Below, piece by piece: positions 10,933 through 23,441 of a DNA stretch of 62,924 nt; position 1 is the first letter of the stretch, and each line of letters starts with the position of its first letter. A program made the translations under genes and the position numbers. The stretch comes from Sporopachydermia quercuum. Lineage: Eukaryota. The notes below the pieces were generated by a model that was given only the letters and a program-made list of their open reading frames with translations, did not search any database and was not told the DNA's origin. The stretch is from contig BCGN01000001.1 of NCBI GenBank assembly GCA_001599295.1, positions 2,418,001 to 2,480,924 on the forward strand, in the 5' to 3' direction.

Positions 10933-13900
10933 CTACCATACAGTGTCACTGAACTTCTGTAGTTCCTGTGTACCCTTCTCCACATCCTTCTGAGCTTTCT
11001 TTCTCATATAAAATATGGTACAATCCTTATTTGAACAAATAACATCCTGATGTAAAGATCCTTGACACCTCTGACATTGAGTCCATAACTTCGCAAACTT
11101 CTCTTCTAATTCATTCACCTGCTGAAGATTCTTCAGATAAAGCCAACCTGCCTTTGGAATACAATTCTCACACAAAGCGCCTTTGTTCGACGATTTCAAT
11201 GGTGTTTTGCAACCTTTACATGTTTCAGTCTTTTTGGCAAACGCCATTAAACCACCAGTCTTAGGAGCGGATACAGTAACAGTTCTTGTATGAGCTCCAT
11301 TCAATAACTGTTTAGCTCTACGTTCACCTAAAACAGGATCAAAGATACGCATTAAAGGATTTGCCAACTGATTTTCCAAATAATACTTGGTATCAATAGG
11401 CAATGAGTGATCCAGTACATACAATGGATCTTCTGATTTTTCATAGTTCTTGTCACCAGTTCCTGCCTTGGTAATAACATAAGCAACACGATCACCAATG
11501 TTAGGTGCAGAACCAGGATCACGCTTATGCATTCGTTCTGCAAGTTCAACGTGAGCTTGTTTTGCTGCATAATCGGCTCGTGATAGTTGCTTGGTAATAA
11601 CCAACTGTGCTAAATCAACCTTGTCTTGAAGCAAATCCGCAATCATTCCCTTTACATACGACTCAGCTCCTTCAACATCTCTATCCATAAGAATCTTTTT
11701 AAGAACAGTTTCAATCACTACTTGGACTAATCGACAATTATCTCTACGAACAGTCTCAATACCTTTGGTATCCATCTTATCAAACTTATCAGGCTGAGTC
11801 CATAATAGCCCAGCATATCTCTTCTTATTAATCAGTAGGTAAGGGAAATACACTTTCTCGAATTCCAGCTTGATAGGTTTTATGAATTTGTCTGAAACAA
11901 AGTCAGCAGCTTCCTTACCTAAATCCATGCATGTTTCAATATCCGAGTGACCAAACTTCACTAGAACAGAATCTGTATCACCATAGATAACTTTGGCATC
12001 AAACTTATACCCATTGGCAATACAGTAGTGTTTTTCAACTTCATTCTTTGTCTGTTCAATCATAATACGACCGAAAGCGGTAACCGAACTGGAAATAGCT
12101 AAACATGGTAGTTTTCCAATAGTTGCACCTGTGAACCCATAAACAGAGTTGGCAGAGATCTTTAGTGCTAATTGTCTACCATTGAGAACATCCCTTTTGA
12201 AAGGGTCCGTCTCCTTCTTTAAATCTACCTTGGCTTTCTTTCTTGCACCAATAAGTTCTTCTAGAATAATAGGTAAAATTCCTTTCCTCACATGTGCTTT
12301 AACAAAACAGTCACCACTTGGAGCTTTTGTATAATCATCGCCTTCTTTCAGGTCTAGTTTTTCAATAGTGTTAGCGTTCAGCAATGTTGTGTAACATAAA
12401 TTATGAGCCATCATAATACTAGGATATAGAGAAGAGAAATCTAATGTTGAGATGGGTACATCATAGTAACCTCTGATTGGCTCAATAACAGTAGCACCTT
12501 CGTACTGTTCCTCAGTGCTACCTTCTTGCCGTAGATTAGGAGTCACAAGGCCTAGCTGATAAGCTTTACGGAACAACTGGGAAATGACTTTAATCTGTTG
12601 TCCTCTAGCTAATAAATATGAAAACGGGACACCTGTTACTCTGGCCATTTCTGTATAGTTAACTAGACACATCAATTTCTCCATCAGTCTCATTGGTAAG
12701 TAGGCATCTTTCAAACAATAAACAGCTAACCGACGACGCGATTCCGCATTACCATTTTGTAGCTCAGTAATAATAGAATGTTGAACATCTTCTTTTTGTT
12801 CTCCTAAGAAGTGTGCTGAAACCGAGTTCAATGTATACGACCGTAGTTTATATTCTCTTTGGATGAATTGCAATAAATCAAGCTGCACACGACCATCAAT
12901 ATTGATTACCTTGGATTCACGAGTTCCGTAAGCACGTGAGGAGAATACGGAATCCTTTGCTTCTTGTTTGATATGACACAATCTTCCAAAATATGGAAAA
13001 TCATTGACCTTGAGATGCTTTGCTCTATCCAGTAGATAGGGTAAATCAAAGTTGCAAGTATTATAACCAATGATTACATCAGGATCAGCTTCTTTGACAA
13101 AATCTCTCCAATTTCTAAGCAATTGTCTCTCATCAGAATGCTCATGAATATCGGAACCGACAATTGATGAACATGTATCAATAGTAAATACATTCCTTAT
13201 AAACGGATGACCGGCACCATATTCTGATACAACATTGGCAATTTGAATAACAGGATCTTTATCAGGTTCAGGGAAGATACCTTTACGTCCAGCACACTCA
13301 ATATCAAACGATAGGATCCTCAAAGGAGCCATTTTCAACCATTCACCATCAGGTTCATGTGAGACCAAATCTTTATAATTAATGTTCACTTCCATTTGAC
13401 AGTTGGATACTCTAGTCTTTTCTGAGACGAATGTGTATTTTCCTTTGGGTAACGTCATCCAGGACATACCAGTAATATTACAATCAATCATAAGACGTAA
13501 AACATATGCAATATTGTCATAAGTCATAGTGTCTGAAGTGAAAAGATTATCACATCTAATCTCTCCTCTTTCAAATGCCGATCTTAGCTTTGGGATGCTT
13601 TTGCTATGTTCTCCGACAACCTTAATGAAAGGCGATCTAAAATTACCATTATATCCCCATAAAGATTCCCTGAACACAAGCTCAGCATGATCAAATCCTT
13701 GGTAATTGGATTTCACAAACCGTGATAAAACTGGCAAATGTCCTTCAGTAAAGCCTCTTGGCGCTGGAACATAGAAATAATGCAAAAATCCTGTAACATT
13801 ACATAGTAAGGAATGTCCTTCTTCTGTTACACCAAAAAATCTCACAATAGATCCTCTATCTAGCGTACTTTCTTCTGCATCTAACTGTTGAAATGATATA

Positions 13901-14130
13901 TCTCTGTCTTCTGGCTTGAATGGTTTGACTTCTGGTCTTCCTCTTCTAGGTTTAGCGGCACTACCCATGCTCTTAGCAGCTTGGGTCATTTTGATAAGCT
14001 CAGCTTCAAAAGAGCTTGGTTCTGTTTGAGCCATAGCATCTAATCCCTTCCTAAGTTTCTTTGCGACTGGATGTTGGCCAATTTCGCTCCCAGTATCTTC
14101 CTTCCTCTCATTCTTTACTTTACCTTCCAT
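10933..14130 (-). CDS. POL3: DNA polymerase delta catalytic subunit
   Basis: Exo [31 protein letters not shown]-terminal CysA/CysB clusters. Confidence 0.98.
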   Translation of the reverse strand: MEGKVKNERKEDTGSEIGQHPVAKKLRKGLDAMAQTEPSSFEAELIKMTQAAKSMGSAAKPRRGRPEVKPFKPEDRDISFQQLDAEESTLDRGSIVRFFGVTEEGHSLLCNVTGFLHYFYVPAPRGFTEGHLPVLSRFVKSNYQGFDHAELVFRESLWGYNGNFRSPFIKVVGEHSKSIPKLRSAFERGEIRCDNLFTSDTMTYDNIAYVLRLMIDCNITGMSWMTLPKGKYTFVSEKTRVSNCQMEVNINYKDLVSHEPDGEWLKMAPLRILSFDIECAGRKGIFPEPDKDPVIQIANVVSEYGAGHPFIRNVFTIDTCSSIVGSDIHEHSDERQLLRNWRDFVKEADPDVIIGYNTCNFDLPYLLDRAKHLKVNDFPYFGRLCHIKQEAKDSVFSSRAYGTRESKVINIDGRVQLDLLQFIQREYKLRSYTLNSVSAHFLGEQKEDVQHSIITELQNGNAESRRRLAVYCLKDAYLPMRLMEKLMCLVNYTEMARVTGVPFSYLLARGQQIKVISQLFRKAYQLGLVTPNLRQEGSTEEQYEGATVIEPIRGYYDVPISTLDFSSLYPSIMMAHNLCYTTLLNANTIEKLDLKEGDDYTKAPSGDCFVKAHVRKGILPIILEELIGARKKAKVDLKKETDPFKRDVLNGRQLALKISANSVYGFTGATIGKLPCLAISSSVTAFGRIMIEQTKNEVEKHYCIANGYKFDAKVIYGDTDSVLVKFGHSDIETCMDLGKEAADFVSDKFIKPIKLEFEKVYFPYLLINKKRYAGLLWTQPDKFDKMDTKGIETVRRDNCRLVQVVIETVLKKILMDRDVEGAESYVKGMIADLLQDKVDLAQLVITKQLSRADYAAKQAHVELAERMHKRDPGSAPNIGDRVAYVITKAGTGDKNYEKSEDPLYVLDHSLPIDTKYYLENQLANPLMRIFDPVLGERRAKQLLNGAHTRTVTVSAPKTGGLMAFAKKTETCKGCKTPLKSSNKGALCENCIPKAGWLYLKNLQQVNELEEKFAKLWTQCQRCQGSLHQDVICSNKDCTIFYMRKKAQKDVEKGTQELQKFSDTVW

Positions 14131-14370
14131 TGTGGCTAATTACAGACCTGATTACTTGATACCCTTGATTAAACTATCATTCCCATCCGGAGAATTTCCC
14201 TTTAACTGAGGCTTGAATATCAATTAACTACCTTTCCCAATAACAATCCAATAGTTTCACTCTTCTGCATCTATAAAAACACGTAGGTTTTCATACATAC
14301 CTGCCACTAGCAACCATAACATACACATTGACTACGATAACTACTTGCTTGCTCTAATTACAACAGAAAG

Positions 14371-14417
14371 ACGCGTAATAGATTGCGTACTAAGTGTAAC
14401 AAGATCACTCATCGCGT
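14371..14417. promoter_or_regulatory. MCB elements upstream of POL3
   Basis: ACGCGT at 14371-14376 and TCGCGT at 14412-14417, about 240-290 bp upstream of the POL3 ATG. This is typical of MBF-regulated replication genes. Confidence 0.7.
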
Positions 14418-15119
14418 CCCTCTTATTGGACACTAAGATCTCAAAATCTCGTCGTTCGTCCCATAATAGGGGAACCGATATTCAATGCTTACAAGGGTAC
14501 CCACTTGTCCCAATACAAGGGCATGATTAGTCCCGCTTCCACTTCAGTAAATCAGTCTCGCTTGGTGGTGTAATATTTGTTGCAAAGGTGTTTTTTCTGC
14601 CAACTCTACTGAAATGACCAGACACATATGTTTCAAGGAGAAACCACTTGATAGCATTGAAATTCAGTAAAAGAAGAGAACTATATGTTTTTTGGCACGA
14701 ACTGAGAGAAGTAGTCTGAACATCAGGATTTGATAGAATTCACGAGCGGTGGAGCTGCAGATTCAAGTTTTGGTAGAATAGGAAGGGTATGTGCTATTAA
14801 TATAGAGGTAGAACAAAACGACTTAAATTGATACTGGTGATCAAGTCAATGACAGGGTGGATACCGTGGAGAAAATTATTGCAAGTTGGTTAAACATCAT
14901 TTGATAGGAAATTCGGACAAGCGGTTAAACGTTTATTGTGGGATATCGGTGGATGATACAAAGAAGGAGGCGACGAAGGCGAGCGAAGGAAGGAAACAGG
15001 GAAATAGCAAAATCAATACAAGAACACACCTGGATGGGAAAAACGACAGTGATCTGAAGAAAATTTATCACTAGATACTGTACCGAAAGTATTTTACGAT
15101 AAGAAATTAATAGAAGATA

Positions 15120-16204
15120 ATGAGTTCAAGTACAGGCTCAAGTTCTTCCACAGATCACCCTCTTGCTGCTAAGCATAAGAAAGCAGTCGAGAGGATTTTA
15201 AAATGCAAACCAACAGCTTATTATAGCATTTTGCAAGTAGAACAAACGTCAACAAGTGACGAAATCAAAAGATCATATAGAAAGATTGCTATCACAGTGC
15301 ATCCTGATAAAAATACTCAAGATGGATCAGCAGAAGCTTTCAAAAGTATGTTACTTTTTAATTTTTATATTTTAATTTTTATCATGCCATTTCAGAAAAT
15401 GCATTATTTTGTTACAAAAATACTAACTGGTTTGATAAAATAGTGGTTTCCAAAGCATTTGCAGTGCTATCTGACCCAGATAAAAGACGAGTTTTTGACC
15501 AGACAGGCGCCGATCCTGAACAAGCAAGAACGCAAGCTGGTGCTGGCTTCCCTGGAGGAGAAGGTTTCGCCAGAGCAGACCCCGGTGGACCTCAATTCAT
15601 GAACCCGGAGGATATTTTTGCTAGTTTCTTTGGTGGTGGTAATACATTTGCTTTCAATAATGGTGGATTTTACTCTTATGGATTCCCAAATGGACCACGA
15701 AGGGCTAGAAGGCCACAGCAGCAACAACAGCAACGACAACAAGAAGGTTTCAAAATGAACCTACAAGTAGTCCTACTATTGTTAACCGTTCTTCTGCCAA
15801 TGATTTTACCATATCTTTCATCTGNTTTGTCTTTTATCTTTGGTATCGTTGACGATGGTCCTGTGTCATCTAATGGAGTGGCACCAGTATTTGCATTCTA
15901 CCAAGATGCCTCATATAATAAGGAATTGAAATCACCCAAGCTTGATATTCCTTATTATGTGAACGAAAAGAAGTACGAGAACCTTCCCCAAAAGAGGAAA
16001 GATAAGATAGAAACTAATGTCGATTACTATTACCTCCAAGACTTGAAACAGCGTTGTGATAATGAGTATTTATCCAAAGCAAGAATGATCGAACACTATA
16101 GAAGATCCAATGATGATAGAAGCGTATTGAAGTATATTGAAGCCATTAATGCCAAGGCTCCTTCTTGTGAAAGATATGTGGAGCTTAGTCAAAAACTACT
16201 GTAA
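15120..16204 (+). CDS. HLJ1: ER membrane J-domain co-chaperone (Hlj1/DNAJB12-like); join(15120..15345,15444..16204), 328 aa
   Basis: J domain with HPD is split by an intron; splicing gives AEAFK-MVSKAFAVLSDPDKR. G/F-rich region, poly-Q, TM segment, lumenal C-terminal domain. Confidence 0.88.
15346..15443 (+). other. Spliceosomal intron in HLJ1 (98 nt)
   Basis: GTATGT donor at 15346, TACTAAC at 15421-15427, TAG acceptor at 15441-15443. Removal restores the J-domain frame. Confidence 0.93.
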
Positions 16205-18855
16205 GAGAGAAATTATTATTAATCGAGGGATAATTGAGCTTGGTGCCTTTGATGTAGTGTTAAACAGAATGAAGTTTCATTAAGTATTAATCATATCTTT
16301 AATTAGTAGACCGTCGTAATTATTAATAAAGCGTGTTTTATAAGACTGTAGAATAAAGCATAGTAAAAGGTTTTCTAATTTTGGTTGTGCAATAACATGC
16401 CGATATTAACGTTGAGTATCGCCAAACAATAAATCAAAATCTCGGGCCCAATTGTTATTATTTCTTGTTTGCACAATTTTCTTTTTTGAACCTCTATTAG
16501 TCATGTAAATATGCACAATTTCAAACCTGAATAGGCATTGTTGATAGGCGTCATGAGGTGCTGACCACTGAAACCCCCGACTAGTCAATGCTTCAATGAA
16601 TCATGGGCGAAGGTTCAGGTACAATCAAAAGTACTCATGCTGATTGAATCAATAGAATGATCTAGATAACTTGGGAAATCATCATTATTCAGCGACAATA
16701 ACAATACTAATCTGCTGAAAACAACTAGTAAAACGAATCCTATGCTTGACCATATTGAAGTCTCCTCTAATAAATAGGAATTAGTAGATTTATTTAATCC
16801 TAGATATAAAAATACTAAGAATAATCAAGAATATATAAAAGGCTGAAATTAAGAATAAATAATAATCGAAAAGAATATAATTGAGATCATTTAAATAAAT
16901 TTTATATCATGAGTTAATAAGATATGCTTTAGTAGCTTTAGGAGTTCACAAAAAATAATTCTATCGATATCAATAGATTCCTTACCTCAGTTAACAATCA
17001 ATTATATAACCAATATGGGATGGAAATAAACACCAGCTCCTCAAGAAGAAGTATGACTAGCAAGCCGACTATTTAGAACTTCTTTATCTCATCTCGTTTG
17101 TCAGCATATCAACTCAATCAGTCTTACGCAGATTGTCCGAGTAGAGCCCAACTGAGGTCAAACGTAAAAGTGAAAATCATGTTTAGGACCTGATGCTAGA
17201 AAGATAAAAAAAAAATTGCTATTCTAGCATTATATATAATCATCTCTTCTATTTATTCAAATTCCAACAATCATCACTATCCTGCGCTACTCCTCTTTTA
17301 CAGACTTTTACAAATAAATGACAGAGTTGTACTCCTTTGCGAACAATCGTTACTCACCATACGATCTTCTACATTCATTATCAATTGCATGAATAATGTA
17401 ACTTAATTATTATTGAATACCATATTTTCAAAGGAGAGCACTATTTCTGTATAATATTCTAGCAAATAAGTTGAATTACTTTGACTAATTCTAAATACTT
17501 CCAGATGTAATTCTTCTGACGAAATCAAATTTTAATAATTAAAATAAAGTTGGACAACCTTAATATATTTCAACGAACAGTTGCATGAAACTTGGCGGTA
17601 GGTTAAACCTAAACTCGAGCTTTTCTCCTTGTTGGGTGGAGAACAAGGTGTATTAACCTTAAACTGCGATGGTTTCTGATTTTCAAACAAGTAAAGTTGG
17701 AACCTTAATTCAAAAAGCCATTAAGCTAAAAATCTTGTATCAAACCAGAGCAAACAATTTGGTATTTCGAGCGATAGAGCAATGCAGTGTTGAAGTGTAA
17801 CTCAATAACAGTTTGACAATATGTTTATTCCACACAATAAAAATAGAGCAAGAGTGTTTCTTTTTCTATCTCTTTCTTTTTTTATTCTTTTTGTTTCATG
17901 AACATATATGAAGAACTGACAAAACTGCTTGAAGCAATTTATTAATAGACCTCCAAGCATAGAATTATTAACGTATTAAAGTTGGAACTTTCTTGAAGTA
18001 ATACGCATAATATCGTGGAACTGCGCCCAACTCTAATATTTCTTCCGTTTTGAATTTGTGTTTGTTTTTCCTCTATTTCGTATTATTCAAAACCATCGCA
18101 ACAAACACAGTGAAGAATCAAAACAGAGAAAAGCAGCAAACATCCAATCTTCTAATGTTTATTGTTCCAACACTTTTTGTCATCCTTTCCACTGATATTT
18201 CCTACAAACCCCTCTGAAAAGTGTTTTGTTTGAGCAAAAATCTACTTATTCTAGTCGATAATTCGTGTTCATCATATTAACCAAATTATCATCTTTTTTT
18301 TTCTTTTTCTTTTCATTCGTTCTCGTTTGTTGCTTGTTTCCTTGTCCCCTAGGATAGTAACTCATGGGTTCTTTGCATAAATTGGCGTTTCATTACTCAT
18401 CACAATATTAAACAAACAACTATCCATTATATAACATTCTCATATCATCGTTTGATATTGGGGTTAGACGAAAGGAGGAATAGAGGCTATATTTGAATTA
18501 TATGATTCATCTATTTCGAAGGTTGATTGATGCGCTAGGCGTTTATTAGAGGAGTATTCATTATCATCAGCATTGGGATAGCATATCACATTTGCATAAA
18601 AACTGATTATCCTTTACATTTGTTTAACGGTGTTTAAAAACTGAAGAATTTGCATTGACCTTTAGGTGTCAGAATTTCATATTTATGTCATCCAATAATC
18701 AGGATCGATCAACGGCAAAAACGGCACATAAAAGCTACTAAGCAAGGGGACTATCATGAAACATTAAACTAAACCAAAACAAATACGACAATATCTATCG
18801 AGAAAAAGATACAAAAAAGGCGAAAACAAGATACTAGCATAGAGTAATTACAACA

Positions 18856-20517
18856 ATGCTTCCAATATTCTTTCTCACATTACTGGCGTTTTGTTCCGCG
18901 TTTGTTCCCATAGAAGAACAACGATTCATAAGTAAGAATCATGGAGAAGCTGTGTCGTCAATTACAAAAAAGCCATCATTTACAGATCTTTTAAGAAAAA
19001 CTAATCAGCACATAAAATTCTCAACCAGTAAAACTACTACTTCAATTGAAGCTGCACCCGATGTGATATACCTAACCGAGGGTACCTCGCTCATATCAAC
19101 TGACTCAAATCGACAAAGTTATTTCACCAATATCACAATTCAGGGACAGGAATTTCCCTTGATAATTGATACAGGTTCCATTTACCTTTGGGTATACTCT
19201 TCACAATGTAAACAAGCATCAGATGCCTGTAAAGAAAGCTACTCTTCCAAGGTGTTTTTTAATCCTGATGATGAACAGGACGGCTATTCGGATTTAAATA
19301 ATTCATTCTCACTAACTTATGCATCAGGTGTTGTCAATGGCACTGTTTTTAATGGTCCAATCTCCATCGCTGATTCGAATATTAGATTAAACTTTGGAGT
19401 AGCAGACGCTATTCCATCATCCTTCGGCCCTTTTCCCATTTCTGGTGTTTTGGGTTTACCATCAAGAGAATACGACAATAGTAATGACACCATTGAGAAT
19501 GTGGTCTCCGTCATGGCAAAAAATGGTGATATCAAAGATAAAGTATTTTCTGTTGCTTTAAGTACTAATTCTGAAAATCCTTCCAATCAAGGTGTTATTA
19601 GCTTTGGCAGTGAACAAATCGACCCTCAGCTATACACGGGATCAATAAGCTACGGCAGCATTGTGGCTTCGTCAAACCTTTGGAAGATTGTTATGGATAG
19701 CGTATACGTTTCTGCCAAAGGGGTTAGTTTTCGAATAAATTTCGATGAAGAAACTACACTACCTGATGACACTAAATCAAGAACTGATCGTATTAGCATT
19801 GTTGATACTGGATCTACTTTGTTACTATTACCTTCAGCAGATGCAAATACTTTACACTCTTTTTTTGATTCTGCTTTCACAGATGGTGTCAATTATGCCA
19901 TTCCTTGCGATAGTGCTATTGAATTTGAGCTTTCAATTTTTGGCAGAAACTTCACCTTGAAGCCTGAAAACTACATCGGTGCAAAATATGAAGATGATTC
20001 ACAATATTCCGGATATTGTGTCTCTAACATTCAAGCATACAATAACCTTGTATCCAATAATGAATGGGTAGTAGGAGGTGTATTTTTAACTACAGTTTAT
20101 TCTGTTTTCAATATGGAAAACAGTACTTTGGGTTTTGCTGATAGAAATCACAACGTAGTATTTGAGAATGCTCCCAGAGCTGCGCAAGGCAGTAGTGATA
20201 CTGTAAGCAACGGAAACGGTTCTACAGCCTCTGATAGTAACTCTGAAACTGAATATGATTTCACAACGGATTTCATCAAAACTCGTCCATACTCACTCAC
20301 AACTTTACCAACGGAAACATTAGGTCAAAATGGAATTCCGATTTATAATAGTAGTTCTACTTCAGTTCAAACATGGACAACGTTGACTTCTACGGCAAAT
20401 AATGATAATGACAGTAGTGCATCAGAATCAAGTTCTTCTAGTAGTGATAATGGTGGTGATAGATTATCATTAGGGGTTCTCTCCTTATTGGGAGGCATAG
20501 TATTAATGTTAATATAG
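18856..20517 (+). CDS. Secreted, probably GPI-anchored pepsin-family aspartyl protease (yapsin/CtsD-like)
   Basis: Signal peptide, two catalytic motifs (IIDTGS, IVDTGS), Ser/Thr-rich tail, hydrophobic C-terminus LGVLSLLGGIVLMLI. Confidence 0.9.
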   Translation: MLPIFFLTLLAFCSAFVPIEEQRFISKNHGEAVSSITKKPSFTDLLRKTNQHIKFSTSKTTTSIEAAPDVIYLTEGTSLISTDSNRQSYFTNITIQGQEFPLIIDTGSIYLWVYSSQCKQASDACKESYSSKVFFNPDDEQDGYSDLNNSFSLTYASGVVNGTVFNGPISIADSNIRLNFGVADAIPSSFGPFPISGVLGLPSREYDNSNDTIENVVSVMAKNGDIKDKVFSVALSTNSENPSNQGVISFGSEQIDPQLYTGSISYGSIVASSNLWKIVMDSVYVSAKGVSFRINFDEETTLPDDTKSRTDRISIVDTGSTLLLLPSADANTLHSFFDSAFTDGVNYAIPCDSAIEFELSIFGRNFTLKPENYIGAKYEDDSQYSGYCVSNIQAYNNLVSNNEWVVGGVFLTTVYSVFNMENSTLGFADRNHNVVFENAPRAAQGSSDTVSNGNGSTASDSNSETEYDFTTDFIKTRPYSLTTLPTETLGQNGIPIYNSSSTSVQTWTTLTSTANNDNDSSASESSSSSSDNGGDRLSLGVLSLLGGIVLMLI

Positions 20518-20964
20518 CACTGGCTTTCAAAAAATAAAAACGGCTAGCCATTATTTTTTATCGTGTTTTTATTCAACATCATTGCTGGGAAAATGATGAT
20601 CGAAGAATTTTCTGTAAGTGAAGAGAGTATGGAAATGGGATTGGAAGAGGGAATTAAGGAATAAACATCTTACATCATATTTAAACATTTTTTATTAATG
20701 GGGAATACAGCACAACTAATATCTACAAATAGTAAATCATCTATCTTATACGTATATTGATAATTCATCTATAGAATAATGAAAGCATTGAAGCAAGTAC
20801 ATATATCAAACTACAAATGACATTATTTTCCTAAATATTTACACACGTATTCAATAACGACGTGCCAAAAGAACCTTGAAGAAGAAATGATCAATTAGTT
20901 AATCGTCTGAATATGTATCATTATAGTTTATATCTACATATGTGTTTTTTGATTATAAGTTGAG

Positions 20965-22625
20965 CTAATACCATACGTTTTCCTCTCTATCAGGATCCGC
21001 TGCTTTAGCGGCTCTTTCTCTTCTTTTCTTTCTTTCCAGTTTACTGATTTCTACTAAATCATCCTCACTGGGTTCAAAAATATGCCATACAACATAATGG
21101 GGTAAACCCCAAACAGAAAAGTCCATTCTTTTACACATTTTACCGAAAGCTTCTGTTTCAGCATGATTTTCNAATGTAAATGCAGGGAAATTAGCACCCT
21201 GTCGGAATACCTTTGCCTTTGCTAGAATAGAAACACCTCCAATACCATCCAATGGCATGATAGCATTAAGAGGCCCATTTTCGTCTCTGATGTATGCTAG
21301 ATGAACTCTCCAAGTTGGATATTCAGCATATCCTTCAACAATTACTTCATCTTCATCAAGTTGTTTAGCTAATTCAAGCCCAGCTTCAGATTCTTGCCAG
21401 GAATTTAAATCATAAGGTTGCTCTTTACCTAAGAAGCTCGGTAAAGGTCTCCACACATTGGGAACAACAACATCTTGATTATGTTGCATCAAATCCTCTA
21501 GAACTGTACCAGAACACATTTCAATATCAGCATCTCGCCAATATACCCAGGAATGATATGCTTTGATAGCGTTAGAAGCCAACCAGTTTCTTGCTCTACC
21601 CATAAGCTTCCGTCTTACACCCTGAATTCTTACACCATGTCGATCACTGAACCCTTGACCAATTACTTGACCAAAGTCCTTTTCGTATATAGTAATAGAT
21701 CTGAATGGTTTTCTATACTCTGAATGTCTTTTTTGGTTTTCTGCTTTGATTTGTTCATACCTTTCAGTATCCATGTAATTCATATAAATATCTCTGTTAG
21801 CACGAATAATATTTGAATTTTCACTGATTTTGGTTTGAGACATTATATCCCAGATCAATTTATCTTCATCTTCAATAACATCAGCTAAAGTTCCATTCTG
21901 TAGATAAACGGAGTATTCAAATAAATGATCCAGTGTGCGATCGTTTCCTGTGCAATCACTAACCAAAAATGCCAAATCAATCAATTCATGAGGATATGTA
22001 AGGTTCATTAGATGTCTGAACATTAGGGGTAAAACCTTTTGAGCATTTCGTAATGGAACAAGCATCAAAACTATTTCTTTATTTTCTTTTGCCGATTTTC
22101 CGTATGCATTACCCGTGAAATCATTTAAATCATAGTAGGAAACAGAATTATGGTATTCTTCTTCTAGTTCAAGTTCTTCTGTAGATTTTGAACCTGTTTT
22201 TGAGGTACTATCTTGCGCATCAAATTCGGCTGATAGTTTCGGTATTTGGTTTAGAGTATCTAAAGGAATATTTGTCGATTGTGATTTTGGTGAATTGATA
22301 ATGCTTTCAATATGAGGAACGTCTTGAGATCTTTTAGGAATGGACGTTTCGTCTAATGCCGATGAACTGCCAAATAAACTGCTGAGAAGATAAAGAAAGA
22401 ATATAATTCCAGCAATAGCAAGTAATTTTTTTGATCTAACAATCCGTCTCAGGTTACTATATTGCGCTGGTCGAAATAGTTTGCCATGTGATTTGTGATG
22501 TCTATAGACACAAATGATGTTAAAAACAAAAACTGGAGTCTAAGGGGTAGAGCAAGAAGGAAAGAAAACTGTACTTACATTGGGAGATCTGATTTTTTCC
22601 CTTGTGTGTCTAAAGATGAAAACAT
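20965..22625 (-). CDS. VAN1: Golgi mannan polymerase I subunit (Anp1/Van1/Mnn9 family); complement(join(20965..22501,22579..22625)), 527 aa
   Basis: KDFGQVIGQGFSDRH..IQG.RRKLMGRARNWL, WRDAD, ENHAETEAFGKM. The spliced N-terminus MFSSLDTQGKKSDLPIHHK... leads in frame to a type II TM segment, LLAIAGIIFFLYLLSSLF. Confidence 0.88.
22502..22578 (-). other. Spliceosomal intron in VAN1 (77 nt)
   Basis: GTAAGT donor, degenerate branch TTTTAAC, TAG acceptor. Joins the ATG at 22625 in frame to the Anp1-domain ORF. Confidence 0.82.
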
Positions 22626-23441
22626 TGTGAGAAATGGATGTCGAAAGTATTCTTATCGTGGTGAAGATGTTTGATCTGTTTAGTTTCTTGAGAGCAGTTT
22701 AACAGTGAAAAATAATGGAAGAAAGCAATGAAATGAAACGGAAGCTTTCTCTACTTATTCATCACTTCTGATTACTTTGTTATTGTTGATCAAACCTTCT
22801 CAAAACAAGACTGGAATTGACAACAAATATAGCTAATGTAACTTGAACGTCGCTCGATGAATGACCAGCAACTGTCATATAGTCCAAAAGCAAGGATCAA
22901 ATAAGGTATAGGATGATCAACTACTCGTTAAATAGCTTCCAGTATGATGCATCCATCAGCTCGAATCAAATTAACTCGACTCACAAGCAAGCCAAAATTT
23001 GTAATATGCCAATTACAACCAATGCTAATGAATACAGTTTTATCTTTAATCTATCTTCATTCAGAGACAATTCAATCAAAAGAGTGCGATACTATCAAAA
23101 CACGCATACGAACTACGTGATTGTTTAGAACTTTTCAGGCTTTGTTGTACAGAAGGTAAAGAGTACTGTACATAGATAGGTAAACAGACGCAAGTAGTAG
23201 ATGAAATGAACGAGACGAGATGTGATGTCCTCTAACATATATGATTAGATTTATGGGTGTACTTGTTTAAAGTGTAAACTTAGCCGTACCTGCGTCAATA
23301 TGCATAACATATTCGAAGTTTATTAGTCTCCTATTCAATTAGTTGATTGATGTATCCCATAAATAAAGGACTGTATGATATATAAGCGTAGTTGTAAGTT
23401 GCTTCATATAACAACACTTCACATACAATTCGATTTTTTTC

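Noticed and set aside
8781..12687. Possible CUG reassignment (Ser or Ala yeast codes)
   Set aside because: CTG falls on conserved Leu positions: POL3 YLLINK (11833-11835), POL3 RLMEK (12685-12687) and QRI1 SVGLI (8781-8783). The standard code fits.
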